A stretch of DNA of 64,000 bases from the NCBI GenBank assembly GCA_963713615.1, contig CAVQMM010000001.1, forward strand, positions 2,240,001 through 2,304,000. Reading direction: 5' to 3'. The first letter of the stretch is position 1. Each line of letters begins with the position of its first letter. Source of the DNA: an uncultured Chlamydiae bacterium. Its GTDB lineage: Bacteria > Chlamydiota > Chlamydiia > Chlamydiales > JAJFMA01. The notes beneath the pieces were generated by a model, which saw only the letters and a list, made by a program, of their open reading frames with translations, did not search any database and was not told where the DNA came from. A program made the translations under genes and the position numbers. Shown piece by piece: positions 1 to 10,327 of the stretch.

Positions 1-1
1 T

Positions 2-1771
2 GCTGGGTTTAAGGGACAACTCGACAAATATTCTCAGTTTCGCCCGGGTGAAAGGGGCTTTCTGAGTACGATATCTCGCTACGCCAAAGATACCATGGTC
101 GAAGTGATGACCGCCGGTTGGATTCGCCAGGAATATAAAACTCCTCAGAATTACAGGTTAGAAATGCAATTGGCTAACCATGGCTACACTTGGCAAGAGG
201 GCCTTAAAGAGTTTGCCAATATACCTCAAGGGGGAGAAGTCGCCTACTTTCAAGCTCAGGTAACGAGCTTTCTAAAATTCTCTGATGCCCATCCTGAACT
301 CGCTCGCACTCTTGTAACAGACGTCGCGATTACGTTAAGCATGCTACAAGACAAAGGCCCCTATGAAGCTTTGCTGACAGGACTTCGTGCACGTGCCTAT
401 ACAGAAGCTGCCCTAGGCAAGCTTGGACGTAACGTGGAAGTACCTCCCGAGATTACTAAAGACAACTATGCTGAAGTCGCCAAATGGAAAGCCTTGGGCG
501 ATCTAGCTCGCTGGGGTCCACTAGCCGCTAAAACCCCCAAAGTCATCGGCGGGGTGCTCGAAGGCGCTAAAGGGGGCTGGTTTGGCGCACTTGTCGGAGG
601 AGTAACGACAGCCGTCAAAGAAGGCACCGAAGCCGTGGTTGTACGAAAGATTGCGCAAGAAATCCCCAGCGAGGCTGTTAACATCTCTGTAGCTGCCCTA
701 CGCCTAGCTGTAAGCGGTGACGATCCCATGAAAGTGCTGGATGAACAACGAAACCTCGCGCTATTATCCGTTGCAGGTAACGTACGAAGAGGAATGTCCA
801 GGCCCGGAACAGCCCTGGCAGGTATCCGCCGCATTTTTTCCGACAACTGGCAAGCCTTCAAAATCGCTGGTCCGTTAGAAAAAACCGCACGTATTGGCGC
901 TGTCGTCGTCTTGCCAGCTTTGGGCATTGGTGGTGCCATAGCAGCTGTAGCGCTGGGTGGTCCCTTAGGCATAGCAGCAATTATCACTCTGGCGATCGTG
1001 TCGATCTTTACCGGTCTATCACTAGGTGGTTTGGTAGCGGGTATGATCAATCGTATTCCTGGCTTCAGAAACACCATGATTAAAGCGCGCGAAGACCAGG
1101 CTCGCAAACATGTTCAAACACCTGAGGTGAAGGCTCAAATAGAAGCCCAAACCACGAAATATATTACCGATCTAGAGGCTAAAGGGCGCATTCTAAAAGT
1201 TAAACAACGTGCTGATGAACCAGCTCTGTTAGCAGAATGGCGCGGAGCACAGTCTGGTGTGGAATCAGCTTTAACCCGCTCCCTCATCGACGATCTCGAT
1301 GCTGCCCTCCTAGTTAAACAAGAAAGTCTCCCGGATAGACAACTTCAGGCCAGTGAGTTCAAAGACATCTTCTTAAGCGTAACTGAAGAAGCCCTTGATC
1401 GCATCGTGCAGGAAAAAATCGACGGCGACCCCACCGCCTCATCCTTGCGAGCGCAAGAAAAAAAGGTGCTTAAGCAAGGAATGAAGGAGACAATCATGCA
1501 AGAAGCAACCCGAACTTGGCTAAAGCGAAACCTCGATATCGGCTTTGAAAACCAATTGGTCGCCTCGGTCCTAAGTTACGAATCGCCCGAACAGTTTGAA
1601 GCAGCTAAAGCCCAGTCAGAAGAACGCATCAAAGAAGGCACAGCACGCGTACGCGACAATATCGAAAAGGAAGTCAACGAAATGATGGCTGGCAAACCCA
1701 AAGCACAAAGAAAACAAGTCAAAGACGCTATCCAACGCGAATATGGTTGGCAGCCACAGGAAGCTGCCTAA
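2..1771 (+). CDS. Hypothetical protein, probably 5'-truncated by the window edge; long Gly/Ala-rich hydrophobic segment followed by a helical C-terminus (candidate Inc-like/secreted protein)
   Basis: Frame is open from position 2 through ATG 95 to the stop at 1771; ~50-aa hydrophobic block IGAVVVLPALGIGGAIAAVALGGPLGIAAIITLAIVSIFTGLSLGGLVAGMI; no recognisable family. Confidence 0.6.
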   Translation, partial: AGFKGQLDKYSQFRPGERGFLSTISRYAKDTMVEVMTAGWIRQEYKTPQNYRLEMQLANHGYTWQEGLKEFANIPQGGEVAYFQAQVTSFLKFSDAHPELARTLVTDVAITLSMLQDKGPYEALLTGLRARAYTEAALGKLGRNVEVPPEITKDNYAEVAKWKALGDLARWGPLAAKTPKVIGGVLEGAKGGWFGALVGGVTTAVKEGTEAVVVRKIAQEIPSEAVNISVAALRLAVSGDDPMKVLDEQRNLALLSVAGNVRRGMSRPGTALAGIRRIFSDNWQAFKIAGPLEKTARIGAVVVLPALGIGGAIAAVALGGPLGIAAIITLAIVSIFTGLSLGGLVAGMINRIPGFRNTMIKAREDQARKHVQTPEVKAQIEAQTTKYITDLEAKGRILKVKQRADEPALLAEWRGAQSGVESALTRSLIDDLDAALLVKQESLPDRQLQASEFKDIFLSVTEEALDRIVQEKIDGDPTASSLRAQEKKVLKQGMKETIMQEATRTWLKRNLDIGFENQLVASVLSYESPEQFEAAKAQSEERIKEGTARVRDNIEKEVNEMMAGKPKAQRKQVKDAIQREYGWQPQEAA

Positions 1772-3069
1772 CTACCGAAGTCGTCCAAGACGATATTCTC
1801 ACGAGGAACACCATAGTCGTCTAGGAGCTTCATGACGCTCTTATTATGCAGGGGCGGACCGCAAACGTAGAAAAGACACTCCTCGGGTTCTTCCATCAGC
1901 TTCAGCTGCCCCTGCTCAAAGGCCTTAAAGAGGAAGGCTGTCTTCAGTGGATCCTGCTTAGGCCATCCCTTTTCGAGGTCTTCTGGCAAAGGCTCAGACA
2001 AAACGAGGTGATATGTGAAGTTGGGAAACTCTTTAGCCAGCGCTTCATATTCTTCCTGATAAATGTTCTCCTTCAAAGAACGTGCCCCGTACCATATCGT
2101 CACCTTGCGTTTCGTGCCTTCGGTACGGAACAAATGCAAGATATGCGAGCGGCCAAACGATGAGCCAGCGCCACCGATCAAAAACACTAATTCCCGTTCA
2201 TCATTCTTCATGAACGACTCACCGTAGGGTCCTGAGACCGTTAATGTATCGCCAGGCTTCAGACCGAACGTATAGGCAGAACAAACACCCCAAGGCACAT
2301 TGTTGGCTACCTTGCCATTTTCCAGCGGTGGAGTAGCAATGCGTATATTAAACATGAGCTTGCGCCCTTCAGCAGGATAGGATGCCATCGAATAGGCTCT
2401 TATGATCTCTTCACTCATGTGACTAAAGTCGACCTCGCGACCAAACATCTGAAAGCGTTCCCAATCTGGAAAGTAGACAGGATCCATGCCCCCTTTCCAA
2501 TCCTCGGTATTTGTCTTAAATGGAGGCACATGAAATTGCAAGTAACCGCCTGCGCGATAAGGAATATCGACTGGCGCCTCAACAACAAGCTCTCTAATAA
2601 AGGTCGCAACATTGTTGTTGCTAAGGACCTTGCAGGCAAATTTTTCGACGCTGAGGGCATGTGGGTCCACTCGTAGATGAAGATCATGCTTAAGTTTACA
2701 TTGGCACGATAGCCTCCAGCCATCTTTGATTTCCTTAGTCGTAAAGGTCGCCTTGTCGGTTTCTAGAGCTGGCGGCGCGCCCTCGATAACCTGCACGCGA
2801 CATTGCTTGCAGGTGGCCTTCCCCCCACACGGAGAGGGTATAGGGATTCCGCAGGACGTCAAAGCGCTTAGCAACGTCTGGCCTCCGCTCGCCGTCTTGG
2901 TGAGGGAAGGATCGTCATTAATGCGAATCTTAGCTTCTTCAGTGCTGACCAGCTTGGCTTTTGTGAACAGGATCATCGAAGCCAATCCCACACCAACCAC
3001 AATGAAAGCGACTACCGAGTAGGCCATGAGTGAAAAATCTACCATTGCTGTGCACCTCGCATAAAACAT
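1768..3069 (-). CDS. nqrF: Na+-translocating NADH:quinone reductase subunit F
   Basis: N-terminal TM, 2Fe-2S motif (SPCGGKATCKQC...RLSCQ), FAD motif RAYSMAS, NAD-binding GGAG and CGPP, C-terminal DDFGS. True start may be the ATG at ~3045. Confidence 0.95.
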   Translation of the reverse strand: MFYARCTAMVDFSLMAYSVVAFIVVGVGLASMILFTKAKLVSTEEAKIRINDDPSLTKTASGGQTLLSALTSCGIPIPSPCGGKATCKQCRVQVIEGAPPALETDKATFTTKEIKDGWRLSCQCKLKHDLHLRVDPHALSVEKFACKVLSNNNVATFIRELVVEAPVDIPYRAGGYLQFHVPPFKTNTEDWKGGMDPVYFPDWERFQMFGREVDFSHMSEEIIRAYSMASYPAEGRKLMFNIRIATPPLENGKVANNVPWGVCSAYTFGLKPGDTLTVSGPYGESFMKNDERELVFLIGGAGSSFGRSHILHLFRTEGTKRKVTIWYGARSLKENIYQEEYEALAKEFPNFTYHLVLSEPLPEDLEKGWPKQDPLKTAFLFKAFEQGQLKLMEEPEECLFYVCGPPLHNKSVMKLLDDYGVPRENIVLDDFGS

Positions 3070-3112
3070 TGATTATAGACGAAAAGAATTTGGCAGCAAA
3101 TCGGAAAAGGAG

Positions 3113-3648
3113 AGGATTTTTACCACAGAGATCGCGGAGACGCCGAGATAGGAAAGAGAAGGAGAGAGGAAATAGTTTTTTTGGGGTTTTAATAGCCCTG
3201 TTGTCCATGAGGTCCATGTTGTCCATTAGAGATGATTGCAGAATTGGCTCGAGATGTCAGATGATTAATAAAGCCCTCACAACCGTGTCTCGGCGCGAAG
3301 CGCTTTGGAGTGCGCGTCGCTCGCGACCGCTTTGGATTTGGGCGAGTCTATTGAATCGCGCGCCGTTCTTTGGAGGCCTCAGACTCTCAAGGTATCCCCA
3401 GAGCGAGAAGTCACGCTTCGTGTCATGCCCACTTCGCCCAAATCCAAAGCGGTCGCGAGCGACGCGCACTCCAAAGCGCTGCGCGCCGAGACGCTATTGT
3501 GAGGGCTTTAATGGCTGTTTCGGCGTCGCAAGGAGTTCTGCAATCGTCTCTCATGGACAACAGGGATGATTTGAAACCAAAAAGAGAATTCCCATTCCTC
3601 CCTCCTCCTCTTTCCTATCTCTGCGCCTTACTCTGTGGTAAAAATCCT
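3113..3648. repeat. Nested palindromic element cluster: outer GGATTTT(T)ACCACAGAG...CTCTGTGGTAAAAATCC, 9-bp GTCCAT repeats, GAGATGATTGCAGAA/TTCTGCAATCGTCTC arms, inner ~240-bp element F (3269-3510)
   Basis: Four concentric inverted-repeat pairs are visible. Inner element F recurs at ~7140-7340 and ~57396-57625; the outer family recurs at 25693-25839 and ~46078-46341. Confidence 0.85.
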
Positions 3649-3804
3649 AAATTCTATCACCCTCAAGTCATGGCTAAAACACCCCCCATAAAATAGCCAT
3701 TTTTCGTGAGCTCTCCTTTGCGCTTTTGCGCCTTTGCGGTAAAAAATTACCCGAACCGTTTATGGCAGTGCTCTACTCCACAGCAACAACCACAGTCTCA
3801 GTCG

Positions 3805-3833
3805 TTGACAACAATACACCCAAAAACTAGACT
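3805..3833 (+). promoter_or_regulatory. Putative sigma66/sigma70-type promoter of htpG
   Basis: TTGACA-17 bp-TAGACT upstream of htpG. Confidence 0.5.
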
Positions 3834-3912
3834 TAACAATTATTCCACTCGATTTCAACTTATTGACAGATTTACTAACAAGCAACCAACTAAGTCAACA
3901 ATGAGGCTTTCA

Positions 3913-5760
3913 ATGACTCACGGTCAACTTCAAATTCATAGCGAAAATATTCTTCCCATCATTAAGAAGTGGCTCTATTCTGATAAGGATATCTTTGTTC
4001 GCGAGCTTGTTTCAAACGCCTGCGACGCTAGCCACAAACTACAAGTCCTTCGCGAGGAGGGTCAAGCTCCTAACGATGATGAACCACTTCGTGTCGTCAT
4101 CGCCATCGACAAAGAAGCACGCACACTAACGTTTAGCGACCATGGCCTCGGCATGGACGCCGCCGAAGTCGAAAAATACATCTGTCAACTGGCCTTCTCC
4201 GGAGCCGAAGAATTCCTCGCTAAGTATAAATCCAACGAAGAGAGCGACCGCATCATTGGCCACTTCGGCCTGGGATTCTATTCTGCCTATATGGTTGCCA
4301 ATAAGGTGACCATCAACACACTGTCATATAGGGAGGGTTCTGAACCTGTCCTATGGACTTGTGAAGGGGGTACAGACTACCAAATCGAAAAGGGAACTCG
4401 CACGCAACGCGGCACCGATATCATCCTGCATATCGATGCTGAAAATGACGAATATCTCGATTATCAGCGCCTTAAGGGCATCCTAGACCACTATTGTTCC
4501 TTCCTACCTTATCCTGTCTATCTCAACGACCAGCATATTAACAGCACAGAACCGCTCTGGATAAAGGCACCATCGGCATGTACCGACCAAGACTACATCG
4601 ATTTTTATCGTCGTCTATACCCTGGCACCGCTGATCCCCTGTTTTGGATACATCTCAACGTCGACTATCCCTTTCACCTCAAGGGCATCCTTTACTTCCC
4701 GAAACTTGAGCGTCAGATCGACTTGCGTAAATCCAGCGTAAAGCTCTACTGCAATCGCGTTTTTGTCTCAGACAACTGCAAAGACCTTATCCCAGAATAC
4801 CTAATGGTCCTCAGAGGAGCCATCGATAGTCCAGATATCCCCCTGAACGTATCGCGCAGTCATCTTCAAATGGACCGTACCGTCAGACAGCTGGCAGGGC
4901 ACATCTCCAAAAAGGTCTCCGACACCCTCTCTGTACTGTATCGCACAAACAAAGAACGCTTTTTGGCAGCCTGGAAAGATATCTCCGTCATCGTGAAACT
5001 CGGTGCTGTCGAGGACGAAAAGTTCTTCGAACGTGTGCAACCCCTCCTACTATGGCGTACTGTGGGTGGTGAGTGGATGACTGTAGAAGAGTACCTGGAA
5101 CGCAACAAAGAAAAGACCAAAGACAAGGTTTTGTATACGGCACATGAAAAACACGCCATGCAGATCCTACAAGCCTATCGTGATCGCAATGTGGAAGTCT
5201 TATGCGCAGATCACCCCATCGACGCCTATCTCATCCATAGCATCGAAAAAAAGATCTCTCCAGCCAAATTTCAGCGCATCGACGCCGATGTCGATGAGAC
5301 GCTCATAGACTCCAGCCGCGAACAGAGCATCCTGGATGCTGAAGGCAAGACAGCTGGCGGCAGACTGGCAGACTTCTTCCGTCGCAAGTTAAATGTCGAA
5401 GGAGTTGAGATTGAAGCCAAGAGCCTCATGAGCAACACCCTGCCCGCCATCTTAGTGATGGATGAGCAAGCCCGACGCTTTCAGGAATACATGCAGACCA
5501 TGGACCAGGAGGGCGTCAAAATCGCCGGGCTGATAGGCTCACGCACGCTGGTCCTCAATACTAATAGTTCACTTTTAACAGCCGTTGCCAAATTGGATGA
5601 AAAAGATCCGGAGCTGGCTTCTGAGTTAGCGCAAGAGGTCTACGAATTGGCCCTCCTGGGTCAGCATGAGCTAAAACCCGACGCTCTCAGCGAGTTTGTT
5701 TCGCGAAGCCACAAAATCCTTGAAGCACTGGCAAAGAAGGCCATACATGAAAATGTCTAG
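3913..5760 (+). CDS. htpG: Molecular chaperone HtpG (Hsp90)
   Basis: IIKKWLYSDKDIFVRELVSNACDA, DHGLGM, IGHFGLGFYSAYMVA, DIPLNVSRS; start placed at MTHGQLQIH. Confidence 0.95.
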   Translation: MTHGQLQIHSENILPIIKKWLYSDKDIFVRELVSNACDASHKLQVLREEGQAPNDDEPLRVVIAIDKEARTLTFSDHGLGMDAAEVEKYICQLAFSGAEEFLAKYKSNEESDRIIGHFGLGFYSAYMVANKVTINTLSYREGSEPVLWTCEGGTDYQIEKGTRTQRGTDIILHIDAENDEYLDYQRLKGILDHYCSFLPYPVYLNDQHINSTEPLWIKAPSACTDQDYIDFYRRLYPGTADPLFWIHLNVDYPFHLKGILYFPKLERQIDLRKSSVKLYCNRVFVSDNCKDLIPEYLMVLRGAIDSPDIPLNVSRSHLQMDRTVRQLAGHISKKVSDTLSVLYRTNKERFLAAWKDISVIVKLGAVEDEKFFERVQPLLLWRTVGGEWMTVEEYLERNKEKTKDKVLYTAHEKHAMQILQAYRDRNVEVLCADHPIDAYLIHSIEKKISPAKFQRIDADVDETLIDSSREQSILDAEGKTAGGRLADFFRRKLNVEGVEIEAKSLMSNTLPAILVMDEQARRFQEYMQTMDQEGVKIAGLIGSRTLVLNTNSSLLTAVAKLDEKDPELASELAQEVYELALLGQHELKPDALSEFVSRSHKILEALAKKAIHENV

Positions 5761-7003
5761 TTTTTTTAAGTCTTGGACCGGATCAGGAGTTGCTTTCGTT
5801 CTAGCACTATCCCTTTGTGCTTGCTTTCACGCGATTCCATTCTCGAAAGATCCTGTGGCCGTTTACCTCACCTGGCAGCGAGCCCCCGATACTACGATGA
5901 CGGTGCAATGGGTAAGCCCCCCTAAACCAGAGGGGGCTAGCCTTCAATATCGTCAGAACGATAGTACCACGTGGCACGAAGCCGTTGGGTTTGAAATTCC
6001 ACTTCCCCAAGGGCATAGCGAGCAATACATGCACGCCGTTGAACTGACTAATCTTGCGCCTGACACTCTCTACCGATTTCGATTTCCCAATCAAACACAA
6101 GAGTATCGCTTTAAGACGATGCCCAGCCATCTAGACAACCCCATACGCTTCGTTGTCGGCGGTGACATGTACCATGAGGGCACGGATCTTCTACAGGCCG
6201 CTAACCAACGCGCTGCCAAGACTAATCCACGCTTCGGCATTGCCGGTGGCGACCTCGCCTATGCCTCTCAACGCCTAGTTGATGCACCTGAAGACTATGA
6301 GCGATGGATAGAATTTTTGGTGCGTTGGTCCGAGGATATGGTCACCCCGGATGGACTGATGATTCCAATGCTTCCGTTGCTCGGCAACCACGATGTCAAT
6401 GGTCGCTACGGCAAACCGGAAAATGCTAAATTCTTCTATACCCTTTTTACAATGCCCGGACCACAGGGATATAACGTCCTAGACTTTGGCGATTACATGA
6501 CTTTTGTTATGCTAGATACAGCGCACACGCATCCCATCGAAGGAGCACAGACCGAATGGCTTCACAAGACCTTACAGCAACACCAAGGATTTCTACACAG
6601 TTTTGCCGCCTATCACGTTCCGGCATATCCCTCAGTGCGTAATTTCAATGGCAAGCTCAACCCCACGATACGTGCTAACTGGGTCCCTCTATTTGAGCAA
6701 TACGGCGTCAACATGGCCTTTGAGCATCATGAGCACGCATATAAAAGGACCTATCCTATCAAGGAAGGCAAGATAGATCCTGATGGGATTGTTTATATAG
6801 GCGATGGCGCCTGGGGTGCAACTCCAAGAATACCTCACACTCCTGAAGAACGATGGTACCTCGCCAAAACGCAGGCTGCACAGCATTTTCTTGTCGTGGA
6901 TATCACTAAAGACGTACGCCGCGTCACCGCTATTGACGTTCCTAGCGGAAAAGCGATTGATCAGTACTCTCAAGTAGTCTCCAAGGTACCCGTTCCGCTT
7001 TAA
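5747..7003 (+). CDS. Secreted purple-acid-phosphatase-like metallophosphoesterase with N-terminal FN3-like domain
   Basis: Signal-peptide-like N-terminus; motifs GGD, GGDLAY, GNHD, YH, HHEHAY. Confidence 0.85.
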   Translation: MKMSSFFKSWTGSGVAFVLALSLCACFHAIPFSKDPVAVYLTWQRAPDTTMTVQWVSPPKPEGASLQYRQNDSTTWHEAVGFEIPLPQGHSEQYMHAVELTNLAPDTLYRFRFPNQTQEYRFKTMPSHLDNPIRFVVGGDMYHEGTDLLQAANQRAAKTNPRFGIAGGDLAYASQRLVDAPEDYERWIEFLVRWSEDMVTPDGLMIPMLPLLGNHDVNGRYGKPENAKFFYTLFTMPGPQGYNVLDFGDYMTFVMLDTAHTHPIEGAQTEWLHKTLQQHQGFLHSFAAYHVPAYPSVRNFNGKLNPTIRANWVPLFEQYGVNMAFEHHEHAYKRTYPIKEGKIDPDGIVYIGDGAWGATPRIPHTPEERWYLAKTQAAQHFLVVDITKDVRRVTAIDVPSGKAIDQYSQVVSKVPVPL

Positions 7004-7024
7004 TGGACTTAACAGTTTGACTCT

Positions 7025-7341
7025 GTGGACGAATTGGACCAATTGGACTGATTGGACTGATTGGACGAAAGACATAAAAGTCCATTTTGGTCCAATGGAG
7101 ACGATTGCGGAATCCCTTGCGACGCCGAAATAGCCATTAAAGCCCTCACAATCGCGTCTCGGCGCGAAGCGCTTTGGAGTGCGCGTCGCTCGCGACCGCT
7201 TTGGATTTGGGCGAGCCTATTGAATCGCGCGCCGTTCTTTGCAGGCCTCAGACTCTCACGGTATCCCCAGAGCGGGAAGTCACGTTTCGTGTAATGCCTA
7301 GTCCACCCAAATCCAAAGCGGTCGCGAGCGACGCGAACTCC
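7025..7341. repeat. 9-bp TTGGACxxx repeats plus element F copy truncated in its right arm by element L
   Basis: TGGACGAAT/TGGACCAAT/TGGACTGAT units; 7140-7340 is near-identical to 3270-3470. Confidence 0.8.
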
Positions 7342-7957
7342 TAAAGCGCACCGCTTTCGCGGTGCAGGGACATCTCATGCAATAACCAGGGGTCGCTAGC
7401 GCTTCGTGCTGGATCACCCCTGGCTACCTTTCGGTAACCACTTCGTGGTAACAATGTCACAGTGTGATCATCCTAAACGACGAAGTGCTGGATCACCCCT
7501 GGCTACCTTTCGGTAACCACTTCGTGGTAACAATGTCACAGTGTGATCACCCTAAACGACGAAGTGCTGGATCACCCCTGGCTACCTTTCGGTAACCACT
7601 TCGTGGTAACAATGTCACAGTGTGATCACCCTAAACGACGAAGTGCTGGATCACCCCTGGCTACCTTTCGGTAACCACTTCGTGGTAACAATGTCACAGT
7701 GTGATCATCCTAAACGACGAAGTGCTGGATCACCTCTGGCTACCTTTCGGTAACCACTTCGTGGTAACAATGTCACAGTGTGATCATCCTAAACGATGAA
7801 ATGCTGATCACCTCTGGTGCAATGTTATCTAGCCACATGATCATCCTAAACCACGAAGTGGTTATCGGTAGGTAGCCAGGGGTGCTCAAGCGCGAAGCGC
7901 TAGCAACCCCTGGTTATTGCACGAAATGTCCCTGCACCGCGAAAGCGGTGCGCTTTA
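7342..7957. repeat. Palindromic element L (TAAAGCGCACCGCTTTCGCGGTGCAGGGACA...inverse) containing five 79-bp tandem repeats plus one degenerate copy
   Basis: GGATCACC units start at 7411, 7490, 7569, 7648 and 7727 (period 79); ~105-bp terminal inverted arms. Confidence 0.9.
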
Positions 7958-8006
7958 GAGGAGTGCGTATCCAAAAAATGTGTAAAGTCCAGCTTAAAGA
8001 TTAGGT

Positions 8007-8681
8007 TTAGTTACCGAAAGCTCTCATTAAAACATACTTCACGGGAAAATATGTCAGCAACATCGCTGTGCCAATATGCGTTGATATGGGGCTAGAGGCT
8101 GCAAAAGATATGTCTCCGCTTATGATACCCGCTGCTGCTAATGTCGTTACACCAACTAATTCAGCAATTAAGTATTTTCTTTGTGCCGGATTAGCCCAAA
8201 GACTTTTAATGGCAAGGATAGAGAATACGACAGCCATCACTTTATAAGCAGGATCGTAGATTGTGTTGGCATCTATCCAAGAGGCTTCTTTTGGCTTGGA
8301 CCAATCAGCAAACTTGGGTATAGTAGCCTGAATCCCTTCGTAAGCATGATTAAACTTATTAACCTGAGCCTCATGCCACTGAGTCTCAAGCCACTTGTTG
8401 CGATGCGTTTCTTCTTCTAGGCGAGCAGTTTCCCTCTCAATCATTTCTGTAAAGGGAGCTGCTAATATTTCGCGTTCAGACCACCCTGGAAAATTAAAGG
8501 TGGGTAAATCTTTTTCTGGCCGTAAAATCCTATGACCCACCTCGCTGATCTGGTCTGCCAGCCATGAATATTTATTCGAAAAATAGCGCATTTCATCTAA
8601 TGCTTGAAAGTTAGATAGTGGCCAATTGCTAGGATGTATAATTTCCCCTACTGTTAAAGGCTGGTAATTTGTTAATTCCAT
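8007..8681 (-). CDS. Hypothetical membrane protein, paralog A (C-terminal hydrophobic helices)
   Basis: 224-aa ORF with AAGGAG RBS; paralog of 9519-10103. Confidence 0.8.
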   Translation of the reverse strand: MELTNYQPLTVGEIIHPSNWPLSNFQALDEMRYFSNKYSWLADQISEVGHRILRPEKDLPTFNFPGWSEREILAAPFTEMIERETARLEEETHRNKWLETQWHEAQVNKFNHAYEGIQATIPKFADWSKPKEASWIDANTIYDPAYKVMAVVFSILAIKSLWANPAQRKYLIAELVGVTTLAAAGIISGDISFAASSPISTHIGTAMLLTYFPVKYVLMRAFGN

Positions 8682-8906
8682 AATGAAAACTCCTTGTTTT
8701 GGTTATTTAATAAATACACATTCTATCTATTTCTCATGATTTAAGTACATTAAAAAAGAAATCTTAACAAAATGGTCTGAAGATCTTCAACGATAGCCTT
8801 TAGTTCACGGAGCCCCCGCTAGACGCAAGTCCAGGACCACTATCAAAGAATTCAAAAAAATCAAAAAAATGCGTCCGCTTTTTTTCACCGGTTTGCTAGC
8901 ATCCGA

Positions 8907-9061
8907 GTGAATTTTATTCTTTATCCAGCGGTGATTGTGCAAGCCTACCTTTCATGGATCCTAGCGGCTACCTTTCTCCTATTTCCCAGCCAATGCCTCA
9001 GGGCAGAGCTCTCCGCTAACGCAGGAACCGGGGTCTTAATTGTTGCGTACAATACAGGTCG
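8907..9061 (+). pseudogene. Truncated 5' duplicate of the gene at 10328
   Basis: Near-identical to 10328-10482; ends at the GGTCG duplication junction. Confidence 0.85.
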
Positions 9062-9465
9062 CTAGCGCTTCGCGCTGGATCACCCCTGGCTACCTTTCGG
9101 TAACCACTTCGTGGTAACAATGTCACAGTGTGATCATCCTAAACGACGAAGTGCTGGATCACCCCTGCCTACCTTTCGGTAACCACTTCGTGGTAACAAT
9201 GTCACAGTGTGATCATCCTAAACGACGAAGTGCTGGATCACCTCTGGCTACCTTTCGGTAACCACTTCGTGGTAACAATGTCACAGTGTGATCATCCTAA
9301 ACGATGAAATGCTGATCACCTCTGGTGCAATGTTATCTAGCCACATGATCATCCTAAACCACGAAGTGGTTATCGGTAGGTAGCCAGGGGTGCTCAAGCG
9401 CGAAGCGCTAGCAACCCCTGGTTATTGCACGAAATGTCCCTGCACCGCGAAAGCGGTGCGCTTTA
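9057..9465. repeat. Second copy of element L (left arm truncated) with three 79-bp repeats plus a degenerate copy
   Basis: Units at 9077, 9156 and 9235; right arm identical to 7800-7957. Confidence 0.9.
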
Positions 9466-9518
9466 GAGGAGTGCGTATCCAAAAAATGTGTAAAGTCCAG
9501 CTTAAAGATTAGGTTTAC

Positions 9519-10103
9519 TTACCGAAACCTACCATGCCTTACAACATGCATTACAACATACTTCACGGGAAAATACGTCAGCAGCATCGCTGTGCCAATA
9601 TGCGTTGATATGGGGCTAGAGGCTGCAAAAGATATGTCTCCGCTTATGATACCCGCTGCTGCTAAGGTCGTTATAAGAACTAATTCAGCAATTAAGTACT
9701 TTCTTTGTGCCGGATATACAGCCCAAAGACCTCGAATGAAAAGGATAGAGAATACGACAGCCATCACTTTATAAGCGGGATCGTAGATTGAGTTCCAAGA
9801 GGGTACTTTTGGCTTCGTCCAGTGAACAAACTCAGTCTCATGCAACGCATTTGCCCTCTCAATCAATTCTGAAAAGGGGGCTGCTAATATTTCGCGTTCA
9901 GAGTACCCTTGAAAAAGACGGGTAGGTAAACGTTTTGCTGGCTCTAAAAACTGACCACTAAACTCGCGGATTTCGTCTGCCAGCCATGAATATTTATTCG
10001 AAAAATAGCGCATTTCATCTAATAATTGGCAATTAGCTAGTGGCCAATTGCTAGGATTTACAATTTCCCCTACTGTTAAAGGCTGGTAATTTGTTAATTC
10101 CAT
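9519..10103 (-). CDS. Hypothetical membrane protein, paralog B
   Basis: 194-aa ORF sharing N- and C-terminal blocks with 8007-8681. Confidence 0.8.
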   Translation of the reverse strand: MELTNYQPLTVGEIVNPSNWPLANCQLLDEMRYFSNKYSWLADEIREFSGQFLEPAKRLPTRLFQGYSEREILAAPFSELIERANALHETEFVHWTKPKVPSWNSIYDPAYKVMAVVFSILFIRGLWAVYPAQRKYLIAELVLITTLAAAGIISGDISFAASSPISTHIGTAMLLTYFPVKYVVMHVVRHGRFR

Positions 10104-10327
10104 AATGAAAATTCCTTGTTTTGGTTATTTAATAAATGCACATTCTATCTATTTCTCATGATTTAAGTACATTAAAAAAGAAATCTTAACAAAATGGTCT
10201 GAAGATCTTCAACGATAGCCTTTGTTCACGGAGCCCCCGCTAGACGCAAGTCCAGGACCACTATCAAAGAATTCAAAAAAATCAAAAAAATGCGTCCGCT
10301 TTTTTTCACCGGTTTGCTAGCATCCGA

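Noticed and set aside
3706..3912. N-terminal extension of HtpG; CIRCE operator
   Set aside because: The extension runs through repeat and promoter DNA; no TTAGCACTC-N9-GAGTGCTAA match seen.
7411..7810. CRISPR array interpretation of the 79-bp repeats
   Set aside because: Whole units are near-identical with no unique spacers, and there are no cas genes in the window.
8007..10103. Diversity-generating retroelement TR/VR pair
   Set aside because: Differences checked at the 5' end are not adenine-specific, the pair includes indels, and no reverse transcriptase is present.
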